Below, in pieces: positions 19,654 through 29,285 of a stretch of DNA of 32,000 bases. Each line of letters opens with the position of its first letter. Within the stretch, counting starts at the first letter, position 1. The translations under genes were made by a program, and so were the position numbers. The stretch covers positions 13,457 through 45,456 of the forward strand of contig NZ_PGGB02000010.1 in assembly GCF_002803295.2 (NCBI RefSeq). Direction: 5' to 3'. The notes under the pieces are model-generated. The model saw nothing but the letters and a program-made list of their open reading frames with translations, was not told the DNA's origin and did not search any database. This DNA is from Caedibacter taeniospiralis. Its GTDB lineage: Bacteria > Pseudomonadota > Gammaproteobacteria > Francisellales > Francisellaceae.

Positions 19654-19660
19654 TTTTCAA

Positions 19661-19827
19661 TTTGGTAAGCTGTTATACTCTTGTCATTTTGAATGGCTTG
19701 ATTGAATCTCATGAAAAAACTTCCCATTGACATTTCTTGGTTTGAGTTAATGTCAAACTTATATTTCAGAGTCTGTAAGATATTTGTACATAAATATAGC
19801 ATTCAGTTCAAGTTAAACTACAACTGA
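19661..19827 (+). pseudogene. Decayed 5' remnant of an AAA-ATPase-like (PF09820-type) gene with its upstream region
   Basis: 19661-19746 aligns by eye with 31861-31951, including ATG-AAAAACTTCCCATTG-ATTTCT-GGTTT. The remnant ORF MKKLPIDISWFE... diverges after about 12 codons and stops at 19825-19827. Confidence 0.5.
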
Positions 19828-19856
19828 TTTACCCATAAATCGCGAATGCGCCCAGT

Positions 19857-21579
19857 TTACGCATTACATCGCATGGTTCCTGAACCTTCTGCAGCCTTGC
19901 TGCCTTGAGAAATCGGGATTTCCAGTTGAGCAGATGGTTCAAGGTTGAGCAGGTAATATAATTTTTTAAGATGCTGTCGATATAGTTTGTCAAAGTCCTT
20001 TACACTCTCAGATGGATTATAATCTCCAAACCACCAGAACCAATCTGAACCCTCACAAATCGCGAGCTGCTTAGTGACCTGTTTAATCTGTTCTGTCGCT
20101 AATTTGCCTGATGCAATAACCTGGTCATAAGCATATTTAGCTTCAACCAATAAATCCCAGGCATGATTTTTCTCTTTCAAGCCAATCCATGTCGAGAAGG
20201 AGCCATAAACCCAGCTGCCTGCGTTTAGGCGAGATAGCTCCAACACGGAAAGTGATTGCTTCAGTGCATCAGAGAAAGTTGTCATCGCTATGTGTGGATG
20301 ATTTGAGAGTTTTTTGTATAACAGGGGTAAAAAGGTGACTGCCATTATCAGGATAATACTCCCAGGCATTTTCACCATCTAAAATCACTGGAACAACATG
20401 TTCGCATGCACTATCTCCAAATTGTGTACGAATATTTTCCAGGTTCTGAATAAAATGATCGACGGCATTTTCAGGATCCCAGTTTTTATACTGAAAACCA
20501 ATTAAATCGGACAACCCATCGTCTCGAAAAAAAATGCGACAAACCTTTCCCTGAATACTCACGGGCTGGAAAAGTAGTTGTTTACTTGACACACTCTCAG
20601 GTTCTATGTGTGAAATTTTGCAGGAATTACGCCAAACACTTTCACCCGTCGCGGTCCATTGAATATTAAAAGTATCAAGTAAATTTAAAGCATCACTGCT
20701 AAGCGCCCCCTCAGATAGCCAGACTCCTCGTGGAGCACAATCAAAGTGCTGCTTAAAAATTTCTATACCGTGCGCCATGTGCCAGCTTGAACGTTCGTAA
20801 CCTCCTGGATATTTTTCATACTTAGGCAAAGGAGCGTCAGGTTGTGAGTCTTGCATAGCACGAAAATCAATTAACAGCGGAAAGATGGGATGACCATAGG
20901 GAGTCATTGATATTTCGATTTGTCCTTGATCCTGCAATTGTTTATAACGTGGGATAATTTGTTCAATACTATCGACCATAATTTCAACCAGTAAACGCTG
21001 ATCTGCCGCTGAAAAATTCCTTCCCTTACGCATTAATTGCTTAATTCTATCGTCAGTTTTTCGCAAACTGGATCCAGTCCATGCAATGTGATACCAAATG
21101 AGCATATCGATATAAAACTGACCATTGAGATACTCATGGATTCGGTTTGACGGACTGTTTTGTGTTAAATAATAATTTGCAATTTCGTGTAGCGCTTTAA
21201 AATCTGGCAACGTTTCAATCATAGTTGGAGCATTGGCCCTTCTACACACGGCAATGATGCCAGATTTTTGCTCAGCAGTATCTGGAATAGGCGTGGCGCC
21301 AGAAACCAGATTCAACAAAGGATCATTCATTGCTTTTCCAGTTTTTAGCCACTGGCGCATCATAGCTGCATATTCTTCCAACTGTTCAAGCAGCACAGGG
21401 GTGTAATTGACCACTACCTGGCTATCTGGATTTTCCTCTAAAAAAGCAGCCATATCCGTATAATCTTTTATGGCATGCAAATACACCCACGGTAAATGAT
21501 ATTCACCATCCAAACCATCTTTGTAATGTGGCTGGTGCATATGCCAACATAAAACCAGCTTTAACTTATTATCTTTCAT
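19857..21579 (-). pseudogene. Glycoside hydrolase family 57 gene split by a single-nucleotide frameshift (or an assembly error)
   Basis: N-terminal ORF: MKDNKLKLVLCWHMHQPHYKD...DGENAWEYYPDNGSH. C-terminal ORF in the adjacent frame: FLPLLYKKLSNHPHIAMTTF...AGSWVYGSFSTWIG...CEGSDWFWWFGDYNP. The total span of 1723 nt equals 574 codons plus 1 nt. The junction is at the A5 run at 20328-20332. Confidence 0.8.
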
Positions 21580-21630
21580 GTTAATTATTTTCCAAAGCAG
21601 AAATGTCAATTTTACGACCACGATAGAGAG

Positions 21631-21724
21631 TAATGGCGCTAAGTTAAGCTGTTTTTAGGACTACCCCGTCTGACCACTCCAAAGTGGTCAGACGGGGTAG
21701 TTGTTACTTAACTTAGTGCCATTA
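21631..21724. repeat. Nested palindromic element (R2) with A-family-like termini and a perfect 18-bp hairpin
   Basis: Outer arms taatggcgctaagttaag (21631-21648) and cttaacttagtgccatta (21707-21724) match at 17 of 18 positions. Inner ctaccccgtctgaccact-ccaa-agtggtcagacggggtag (21661-21700) is perfect. Lies in the glgC-GH57 spacer. Confidence 0.75.
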
Positions 21725-21733
21725 GTCTTAACC

Positions 21734-23023
21734 TTAAACTTCATAAACAACGTGCTGATTAACCACATTTGGTGCTCCCTTTTCAACACCCTGGTCAAGC
21801 ATTTCAGCTGTGACAAGTGTAATTCCATGGTCATCAACAAAGAAACGTTTGGCGTCTTCTTCGTGATTTTCCCCAATAACAGTACCATCTGGGATTTTAA
21901 CACCTTTATCAATAACCGCTTTGGTGATACGGCAATATCGTCCAATTTCAACATTTGGGAGGATGACACTGTCCTTAATAAAAGAGCAACTACGCAACTT
22001 GCACCCGCTAAAAACGACCGAGCGCTTCACCTTTGAGCCAGACAAAATACACCCTGAAGAAATCAAAGAATCAATCGCTACCCCTCGGCGATTTTCTTCA
22101 TCAAAAATAAATTTAGCAGGCGGCAACTGTGACTGATATGTCCATATCGGCCAATCATAATCGTATAGATTTAGCTCAGGTTCAACAGAGCAAAGTTCCA
22201 TATTCGTTTTCCAGTAGGATTCGACCGTGCCTACATCTCTCCAATAGGCTGGTTTCCCATTTTGCTCATTGATAAATGGATAGGCTGAAATTTTTGAATT
22301 ACCAATACTCGAAGGAATAATATCCTTGCCAAAATCCCTTGAGGAAGTGGGGGTATTATTATCTTCAATTAGTTTATCAATTAAGTATTGCTTGGAAAAA
22401 ACATAAATCCCCATGGATGCCAAAGCCATATCAGGTTTGCCAGGAAGGGCTTGAGGATCAGCAGGTTTCTCAATAAATTGAGTAATACAGCCCTTTTCAT
22501 CCACAGACATCACTCCAAAAGCGGTTGCATCCTTTAGTGGGACTTCGATACATCCGACGGTAATATCAGAATTTGAGTCAACATGTGCCTGAACCATTTT
22601 TTCATAATCCATTTTATAAATATGGTACCCGCCTAAAATGAGGATATATTCAGTATAACGTCTTTCAATAATATCTATGTTTTGATAAAGTGCATCAGCG
22701 GTACCTTTATACCAGTCTTTGTTCACTCTTTGCTGAGCAGGCAGAATCTCTACAAACTCACCTGCTTCATAACGTAAAAACCCCCACGCTCTTTGCAGGT
22801 GCCTGATAAGCGAATGCGACTTATATTGTGTCAATACCAACACTTTACGTATATCTGAGTTAATGCAGTTAGATAAAGCAAAATCAATAATCCGATATTT
22901 CCCCCCAAATGGGACAGCTGGCTTCGCCCGCCATTTTGTTAAATCTTTTAATCTATTCCCCTCTCCGCCAGCTAAAACAATTGCCAGAACTTTTCTACTT
23001 AAACGCGCAGCTGTGTTTGACAT
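21734..23023 (-). CDS. glgC: Glucose-1-phosphate adenylyltransferase
   Basis: LAGGEGNRLKDLTKWRAKPAVPFGGKYRIIDFALSNCINS N-terminal signature, with a left-handed beta-helix C-terminus. ATG 23023 (AAGGTAG upstream) is preferred over the track start at 23059. Confidence 0.9.
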   Translation of the reverse strand: MSNTAARLSRKVLAIVLAGGEGNRLKDLTKWRAKPAVPFGGKYRIIDFALSNCINSDIRKVLVLTQYKSHSLIRHLQRAWGFLRYEAGEFVEILPAQQRVNKDWYKGTADALYQNIDIIERRYTEYILILGGYHIYKMDYEKMVQAHVDSNSDITVGCIEVPLKDATAFGVMSVDEKGCITQFIEKPADPQALPGKPDMALASMGIYVFSKQYLIDKLIEDNNTPTSSRDFGKDIIPSSIGNSKISAYPFINEQNGKPAYWRDVGTVESYWKTNMELCSVEPELNLYDYDWPIWTYQSQLPPAKFIFDEENRRGVAIDSLISSGCILSGSKVKRSVVFSGCKLRSCSFIKDSVILPNVEIGRYCRITKAVIDKGVKIPDGTVIGENHEEDAKRFFVDDHGITLVTAEMLDQGVEKGAPNVVNQHVVYEV

Positions 23024-23192
23024 ACTAACTACCTTAATGCTTGATTTTTCATCTTCCACCTAAGCCTCAGCTGCCTGTAAGTCCTTTTTCATACGGTATA
23101 AAACTTGCCAAATTAAGTAGTCTGAAGCTATTTTTTTTTGATGCCAGCCCTATAATATTAAACTTATGCAACTAATCATATTGTTTTTTATG

Positions 23193-23780
23193 AAAATTCA
23201 GATTATTTCAAACATTAGGGTCTATGACGGTTTTTTTAAGGTTAACCAAATAAAGTGCAAACACAGCCTGTATCAAGGAGGAAACAGTCCCGTGATTGAA
23301 AGAGAGCTACTGTGCCAGGGACAACAAGGTTGCGTGTTATTTTTATACGATTTAAAGAAGAAAACAGTCATTCTCATCGAACAGTGCCGAATTGGGGCAC
23401 TTGCCGATGAGGACGGCGATCATTGGTTAATTGAGCCCGTAGCAGGCAGAATTGAGCCAAATGAGTCGGCAGCTGAAACATGTATTCGAGAAGCAAAGGA
23501 AGAGGCAGGAATCTGTTTGGACATTCAAAATCTGGAATTTATTTATAAGTATTATCCAAGCCCTGGGGGATATGCGGAAGTACTTCATCTATATGCTGCG
23601 GAAGCCGATGCAGATCAATTTGGTGACTATGGCGGAATAATGAATGACATTGAAGATATTAAAATTTTGAAAATCCCCTTCGCGAAGGCTTATGAAGATT
23701 TAAAAGCCAAAAAATATAAAGTTGCAAGCACCTATATCGCATTGCAGTGGCTATTTTTATTCAAAATATCTCCTCAATAA
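23193..23780 (+). CDS. nudF: ADP-ribose pyrophosphatase (NUDIX hydrolase, NudF-like)
   Basis: Nudix box GRIEPNESAAETCIREAKEEAGI. LIEQCRIGA, SPGG and the C-terminal IALQWL parallel E. coli NudF. Start set at MKIQIISN (23193). Confidence 0.78.
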   Translation, partial: KIQIISNIRVYDGFFKVNQIKCKHSLYQGGNSPVIERELLCQGQQGCVLFLYDLKKKTVILIEQCRIGALADEDGDHWLIEPVAGRIEPNESAAETCIREAKEEAGICLDIQNLEFIYKYYPSPGGYAEVLHLYAAEADADQFGDYGGIMNDIEDIKILKIPFAKAYEDLKAKKYKVASTYIALQWLFLFKISPQ

Positions 23781-23938
23781 TTAGACACTTTATATCAGCT
23801 ATACCACTCGTAAATCATGTAATCATCTTGTTTCAAATTCAAATTAAAATTTCGCGGGGATTTACGTTCCCCTTATCCTGCTTTTCTGCTAGAATCGCGA
23901 CCAGTTTTGCTTTTAATAGACCCTGAAGGAATTTAATT

Positions 23939-24262
23939 ATGTCTCAATGTATTAACATCACTGATAGTGAATTTAAATCAGCCGTCCTTGATAGCACACA
24001 ACCCGTGCTTGTAGATTTTTGGGCGCCATGGTGCGGACCTTGCAAGATGATTGCCCCTGTTTTAGATCAAGTGGCTGAACACTATGGTCAAAAGCTTAAG
24101 GTCGTTAAAATTAACGTTGACGATAATCCAGAAATCCCTGCTAAATTCGGGGTGCGAGGTATTCCAACCTTAATGGTATTTAAAGATGGTGAAAACGTCG
24201 AAACCAAAGTAGGGGCCGTGCAAAAATCTCAGCTTATCCAAATCCTTGATAAGCATATTTAA
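23939..24262 (+). CDS. trxA: Thioredoxin
   Basis: 107 aa. VDFWAPWCGPCKMIAP active site. Immediately upstream of rho. Confidence 0.95.
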   Translation: MSQCINITDSEFKSAVLDSTQPVLVDFWAPWCGPCKMIAPVLDQVAEHYGQKLKVVKINVDDNPEIPAKFGVRGIPTLMVFKDGENVETKVGAVQKSQLIQILDKHI

Positions 24263-24285
24263 TTAATAATCATTTTGTCCAACCC

Positions 24286-24301
24286 GAAGGGGTTCCCCTT
24301 C
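24286..24301 (+). terminator. Short GC hairpin between trxA and rho (possible weak terminator or attenuator)
   Basis: gaagggg-tt-ccccttc followed by ttcaac. The T tract is poor and the loop very short. Confidence 0.25.
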
Positions 24302-24324
24302 TTCAACATTCGTGAGAATTTTCA

Positions 24325-25584
24325 ATGAATTTAACCGATTTAAAAAACCGATCCATCCCTGAATTAATGGAGCTTTCGCACTCACTTGGTCTTGAAGCCA
24401 CGGGGCGTGCCCGTAAACAAGAAATCATTTTCAATATCTTAAAAGAACACGCCGATAAGGGCGAAGATATTTATGGTGACGGCGTGCTTGAAGTCTTACA
24501 GGATGGCTATGGTTTTTTGCGCTCATCTGACACCTCTTATTTTGCATCCCCTGATGATATTTACGTCTCCCCTACTTTCATTCGCAAGCTTAATTTGCGC
24601 ACGGGAGACAGCATCATCGGTAAAATTCGCCCCCCTAAAGACAATGAACGCTACTTCGCGGTAAAGCATATCGACAGTGTAAACTTCGACTCACCAGAGC
24701 TTGCTCGCACCAAAGTATTATTTGAAAACTTAACTCCCGAATATGCTAAAGAGCGTTTATCAATGGAGCTTGGTAATGGTTCAAGCGAAGATATTACCGC
24801 CCGCATTATCGACTTGGCAGCTCCTTTTGGCAAGGGTCAACGCGGTCTGATCGTCGCTCCTCCAAAAACGGGTAAAACGATTATGATGCAAAATATTGCA
24901 TCCTCAATCGCCAAAAAATACCCTGAATGCTATCTGATTGTCCTTTTGATTGATGAGCGCCCTGAAGAGGTAACTGAAATGCAGCGCTCTGTTCGTGGTG
25001 AGGTGGTTGCCAGCACCTTTGATGAACCTGCTGCGCGCCACGTGCAGTTGGCTGAAATTGTGATTGAAAAGGCAAAACGCCTGGTTGAGCATAAACAGGA
25101 TGTCGTTATTCTATTAGACTCGATTACACGTCTGGCACGTGCTTACAACACCGTCTCCCCCGCTTCAGGTCGTGTATTATCAGGAGGCGTTGAAGCCAAT
25201 GCCTTACAAAAGCCAAAGCGTTTCTTTGGGGCAGCACGTAACACCGCCGAAGGTGGTAGTCTAACTATTATCGCTACCGCATTGGTTGAAACTGGATCCA
25301 AAATGGATGAGGTGATCTTTGAAGAATTTAAAGGCACGGGTAATATGGAGCTTCATTTGGATCGCAAAATTGCTGAAAAACGCGTCTATCCTGCGATTAG
25401 TTTTGCACGTTCTGGAACGCGCCGCGAAGAATTACTGACCACCCAGGAAGAGCTGCAAAAACTCTGGATCTTGCGTAAGATTCTACATGAAATGGAAGAC
25501 ACACAAGCCATGGAGTTCCTCACCGAACGCTTAAAGAAAACCCAAACCAATGAAGAATTCTTCAACATTATGAAGCGAGGCTAA
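24325..25584 (+). CDS. rho: Transcription termination factor Rho
   Basis: 419 aa. N-terminal [18 protein letters not shown], Walker A PPKTGKT, and [36 protein letters not shown]. Confidence 0.97.
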   Translation: MNLTDLKNRSIPELMELSHSLGLEATGRARKQEIIFNILKEHADKGEDIYGDGVLEVLQDGYGFLRSSDTSYFASPDDIYVSPTFIRKLNLRTGDSIIGKIRPPKDNERYFAVKHIDSVNFDSPELARTKVLFENLTPEYAKERLSMELGNGSSEDITARIIDLAAPFGKGQRGLIVAPPKTGKTIMMQNIASSIAKKYPECYLIVLLIDERPEEVTEMQRSVRGEVVASTFDEPAARHVQLAEIVIEKAKRLVEHKQDVVILLDSITRLARAYNTVSPASGRVLSGGVEANALQKPKRFFGAARNTAEGGSLTIIATALVETGSKMDEVIFEEFKGTGNMELHLDRKIAEKRVYPAISFARSGTRREELLTTQEELQKLWILRKILHEMEDTQAMEFLTERLKKTQTNEEFFNIMKRG

Positions 25585-25662
25585 GATTCATTTGTAATCC
25601 TGCTGGTCAGCAGCAACCTTTTCTCGTAAACTGCGAGGACCCCACATTTAATCAATGGCACG

Positions 25663-27171
25663 ATGACTTTCGATTTACAGCATTACCAACATAAGCGCGG
25701 CATTGAACGCGAAAGCTTGCGCATCTTACACTCAGGGCGTCCTGCCACATCTGATCATCCTTTAGCGCTTGGCTCAAAGCTTACCAATAGCAATATCACG
25801 GTGGATTTTTCCGAAGGTCTCGTAGAACTGATCACTGAACCGTTCTATGATATTTCGAGCACGTTCTCACGTTTAACTCACATCTTAGGATTTTGCAGCC
25901 AAAACCTTGCTAAAGACGAGCTGTTACTTGCTACCAGCATGCCGTTAACTGCAACAGAAGATGAAATTAAGGTTGCCCATTTCGGAACCTCTAACTCTGG
26001 TAAAATGAAAGAGGTCTACCGTAGGGGATTAGCACAACGCTATGGCAAAATCATGCAGGCAATTTCAGGGGTACATTATAATTTTTCTTATGATGTCGAA
26101 TTGATAAATAGACTAAACCAGGAAAAGAATCTTAGCTCAGATGCACTTTATTTCTCGGCGATCAATCACTATTTCGACTTCATGTGGCTCATCCCCTACT
26201 TATTTGGAAGCTCACCCATTTGCGCAAAAACTTCAGTTAAACAAACACCTGAGTATCTTAAAACACTTAATGATGATTTCTATATTGCTGAATATGCCAC
26301 CAGTTTACGCATGAGTGGTCTTGGATATCAAAGTCCCGCGCAAAAAGATCTATACATCTCTTACGCAAGCCTTAAAGACTATGTTTATGATCTTATCAAC
26401 GCCACCAAAACCACTTATCCGCCATTTGAAAAAATTGGCTTATATGCTGATAACGGCTCACGGCAACAGCTTAGCACCAGCATTCTACAAATCGAGAATG
26501 AGTACTACAGCAGTATTCGTCCAAAACAAATTACCAAACGCTGCGAGCGTCCTGCTTGCGCCTTGTTAAATCGAGGAGTTGCCTACTTGGAGGTGCGCGT
26601 TGTTGATGTGAACCCCTTTGATCCTTTAGGCATAGATGAGACGACCGCCCATTTTATTGAGGCCTTATTACTCACCTGTTTGTTGCAACCTAAGAAGCAA
26701 TATCAACAAAGTGAAATTATGCGAAATAAAGCAAACTTTGCTAAAGTTGTGACCCATGGTCGCAAGCCTCGGCTTCAACTTAAGGATAATCAAGGCAAGG
26801 ATATATCACTGAAAGATTTTGGGGTTCTTCAGCTTGAGCTTATTGCCCATACTGCCCAATCCATGGGAGATAAATACTTTCAAGCGGTAATGCAACAATT
26901 TGAAAAACTGACCGATCCAGGCAAGACGCTTTCAGCTCAACTTATTGATCATGCTGGCAAAGATTATGCGCAAACAGTGCTTGAATTGTCACGCGAAAAT
27001 ACACAAGGCTTACAGAAGGTCGAGCTTAGCAAAGACAGCTACACAGGCTTTAGCCATCAGACCGCCCAATCTCTCGTTACACAACAGGCGCTTGAAGAAA
27101 GCGATTGTTGTGATTTGGAAAGTTATATCGATCACTATTATCTATCGGCTAATTGTTCAAATCAAAAATAA
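25663..27171 (+). CDS. gshA: Glutamate--cysteine ligase
   Basis: 502 aa. RGIERESLRI, EGLVELITEP and YLEVRVVDVNPF resemble E. coli GshA. Confidence 0.88.
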   Translation: MTFDLQHYQHKRGIERESLRILHSGRPATSDHPLALGSKLTNSNITVDFSEGLVELITEPFYDISSTFSRLTHILGFCSQNLAKDELLLATSMPLTATEDEIKVAHFGTSNSGKMKEVYRRGLAQRYGKIMQAISGVHYNFSYDVELINRLNQEKNLSSDALYFSAINHYFDFMWLIPYLFGSSPICAKTSVKQTPEYLKTLNDDFYIAEYATSLRMSGLGYQSPAQKDLYISYASLKDYVYDLINATKTTYPPFEKIGLYADNGSRQQLSTSILQIENEYYSSIRPKQITKRCERPACALLNRGVAYLEVRVVDVNPFDPLGIDETTAHFIEALLLTCLLQPKKQYQQSEIMRNKANFAKVVTHGRKPRLQLKDNQGKDISLKDFGVLQLELIAHTAQSMGDKYFQAVMQQFEKLTDPGKTLSAQLIDHAGKDYAQTVLELSRENTQGLQKVELSKDSYTGFSHQTAQSLVTQQALEESDCCDLESYIDHYYLSANCSNQK

Positions 27172-27208
27172 ATACCATAAAAAAATTGTCGTTGATTGTA
27201 TGTCACTC

Positions 27209-27237
27209 AGAAGAGGCGTATTCAATACGCCCCTACG
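27209..27237. repeat. Solo family-B core hairpin between convergent gshA and speA; a possible bidirectional terminator
   Basis: agaggcgtattcaatacgcccctacg matches the B-element core. Stem ggcgtatt/aatacgcc lies at 27215-27231. Confidence 0.4.
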
Positions 27238-27276
27238 TTTATCCAAATAAATGAGTCGAAAGCCAAACAATTACTT

Positions 27277-28977
27277 TCATAAAAGCTTAATTGCCCGGCG
27301 ATTCAACAGCAGCGACTGACTGCAAGGGGTGCTTTCTATTTGTAAATAAGGATTGCCACTTAACATAGCATAAAACAAGCCCTGTTCATCTGCTGTCAAA
27401 GACTCATCCAGATGAAATTCTGCTAAGCGCTGAAATTGCGACATTAATTGTAACGGATTATGCCCATAGTGGCATAACAGTGCGTGATAGTCTTCTGCCT
27501 GCTCAACGCTGATTACACAATCATCCTCCGTGCTAAGATCGATTTCAACCGCCGTTGTACGTCCGATAATATTATGTTTGCTACTGAGCATATCCTGGTA
27601 AGCGCCAACAAACATAAATGCCAGATCATTGATTTCAGTGCATGGGATGCGCACGTAATCATCCCCTGTCTTGTCTTTGAAAACCCCATCGGCATCGCAG
27701 GAAATATCAAACAACTGACAATCAATAGTTTTCTCTTCTGAATAATGGGTGACAGGCAATAAGGGGAAATGCTGACCAATTCCCCAATGATCTGGCAGTG
27801 ATTGGAACAGGGAGAAATTAAGCCATAATTTATAAGATTTTTGATCATCCAGATAGCTCACACTCGTGCTTTCCACCAAATCTGCCAAATTAATTTCCCC
27901 ATTTAACCAGCAAGCCTGCAATGACTCGTCATAACTGGTTTGCACGGTGATATTCCGTTCTGCTGTTTGATATAACGGCGATACAATGAGCACACTTGAC
28001 ATAGCCGTCACTGCGCGCCCTGATTCTGTCATGATCACAGGATGAGGTAACTTCAATAAATCCAGATGATAGCTAAAGCTTTTGATAATCGTTTCAGCAT
28101 AATAGGATAGCTGGAATCTTGGATTCTCTGTTTCCTCATAATCAATACCCAATCCGCCCCCTAAGTCAATCATAGTCAAGTTGGGGCAATCATTTAGCAA
28201 ATTACCATACAGGCAAACCATCATATTTATGTGCCTTTCTACCTGATGTAGACTCTTAAGCTGTGAGCCAATATGACCGTGTAGCAGAACAACCCGATCT
28301 GCTAGCGCCAAGTCTTTGAGTGCGCCGCTAGCATCATAAATATCTCTTAAACTTAAGCCAAATTTTACACTGTGTAGATCATCATGAAATGGTTTAGTTC
28401 TAAATCCCAGACCAACATAAATTTCTGCTTCCTGGCTTAATTCCTTAATCACTTGAAGCTCATCAATGTGCTCAAGTACCATAATCACCTCAAAGCCAAG
28501 TTTTGCAGCCAGGTTTGCCAGTTGATAAAATGCTTTATCTTTAAAACCATTGCAAATAATTCTATTGCGTGGCGCTGTCAGAGATAACACGCTCAAAAGT
28601 TCTGATTTACTACCAACTTCAAAATTAAACACTAAATCATGTCGATCGGCACATTCTTTGAGTGCACGCATAACACTGGCATTGGGATTTACTTTAATCG
28701 GATAGGCTAATTGATACGCTCCTTGATAGCGATAGTCCTCAATTGCTTTAGCAAAGCTTTGATACAGACATAACATTCTATCTTGGGTAATGTGTTTAAA
28801 ATTAAGCACACATGGTTTATTGCCGCCTTGTTTTGCTACCTCATCTACAATCTTCGCCAAAGGCATTGACTGAGTAAAACTTTGCCCGTAATGAACACAT
28901 AACTGTTGATCATGGTCATAGCTAAAGTAGGGTTGGAAAGTGTTACGCGCATTAAATGAAAATACATTGTTTTCCAT
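27277..28977 (-). CDS. speA: Biosynthetic arginine decarboxylase-like PLP enzyme (SpeA family)
   Basis: 566 aa. YPIKVN (PLP lysine), HGHIGSQ, GGGLGIDYE, ESGRAVTA and FQSLPDHWGIGQHFPLLP parallel SpeA motifs. AAGGAG Shine-Dalgarno before the ATG. Shorter than typical SpeA, so substrate assignment is tentative. Confidence 0.8.
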   Translation of the reverse strand: MENNVFSFNARNTFQPYFSYDHDQQLCVHYGQSFTQSMPLAKIVDEVAKQGGNKPCVLNFKHITQDRMLCLYQSFAKAIEDYRYQGAYQLAYPIKVNPNASVMRALKECADRHDLVFNFEVGSKSELLSVLSLTAPRNRIICNGFKDKAFYQLANLAAKLGFEVIMVLEHIDELQVIKELSQEAEIYVGLGFRTKPFHDDLHSVKFGLSLRDIYDASGALKDLALADRVVLLHGHIGSQLKSLHQVERHINMMVCLYGNLLNDCPNLTMIDLGGGLGIDYEETENPRFQLSYYAETIIKSFSYHLDLLKLPHPVIMTESGRAVTAMSSVLIVSPLYQTAERNITVQTSYDESLQACWLNGEINLADLVESTSVSYLDDQKSYKLWLNFSLFQSLPDHWGIGQHFPLLPVTHYSEEKTIDCQLFDISCDADGVFKDKTGDDYVRIPCTEINDLAFMFVGAYQDMLSSKHNIIGRTTAVEIDLSTEDDCVISVEQAEDYHALLCHYGHNPLQLMSQFQRLAEFHLDESLTADEQGLFYAMLSGNPYLQIESTPCSQSLLLNRRAIKLL

Positions 28978-29145
28978 AGAAATTCTCCTTCTATGAAAGG
29001 CACCTTACACTTGACGTTAAAGTCCAGGTTGCCATATTAACGGGGCTACATCGCAAGATTGCGCTTGCAATGCCTCTAAGCGTACAAACACACCAATGTG
29101 CATTCTGGCGTATAATTGCATTTGTTTTTTTAAAGCGGTATTGAC

Positions 29146-29174
29146 AATATCTTCACCTATTGTGATTTTGTCAA
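29146..29174 (-). promoter_or_regulatory. Candidate sigma70 promoter for speA
   Basis: On the minus strand: TTGACA (29174-29169), a 17-nt spacer, then GATATT (29151-29146). This lies about 170 nt upstream of the speA start. Confidence 0.3.
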
Positions 29175-29285
29175 AACCTTTAAAGCGATCTGGGAAGTAG
29201 CCCAAAATCCCGCATAAAGTAACAGCAACTTTGGTCACTGTAAATAAAATTTTCTATCAAAAAAATAAAAAAACAGTTACACCAG

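Noticed and set aside
20320-20345. Programmed ribosomal frameshift in the GH57 gene
   Set aside because: I recognised only a short T5 run, with no known slippery heptamer plus downstream structure. A mutation or homopolymer sequencing error is the simpler explanation.
24286-24301. The trxA-rho hairpin shares GAAGGGG/CCCCTTC with the internal hairpins of the family A element
   Set aside because: Only a 7-nt match with no flanking similarity, so probably coincidental. It is annotated only as a weak terminator or attenuator candidate.
25653-25661. caatggcac immediately upstream of the gshA ATG matches the tip of the family A TIR
   Set aside because: Nine nucleotides only, with no partner repeat or adjacent core. 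Too short to call.
29017-29238. 73-aa GTG-initiated ORF between the permease and speA
   Set aside because: It has no recognisable motif and no Shine-Dalgarno, and it overlaps a good candidate promoter for speA. I treated it as probable non-coding leader, though a small protein cannot be excluded.
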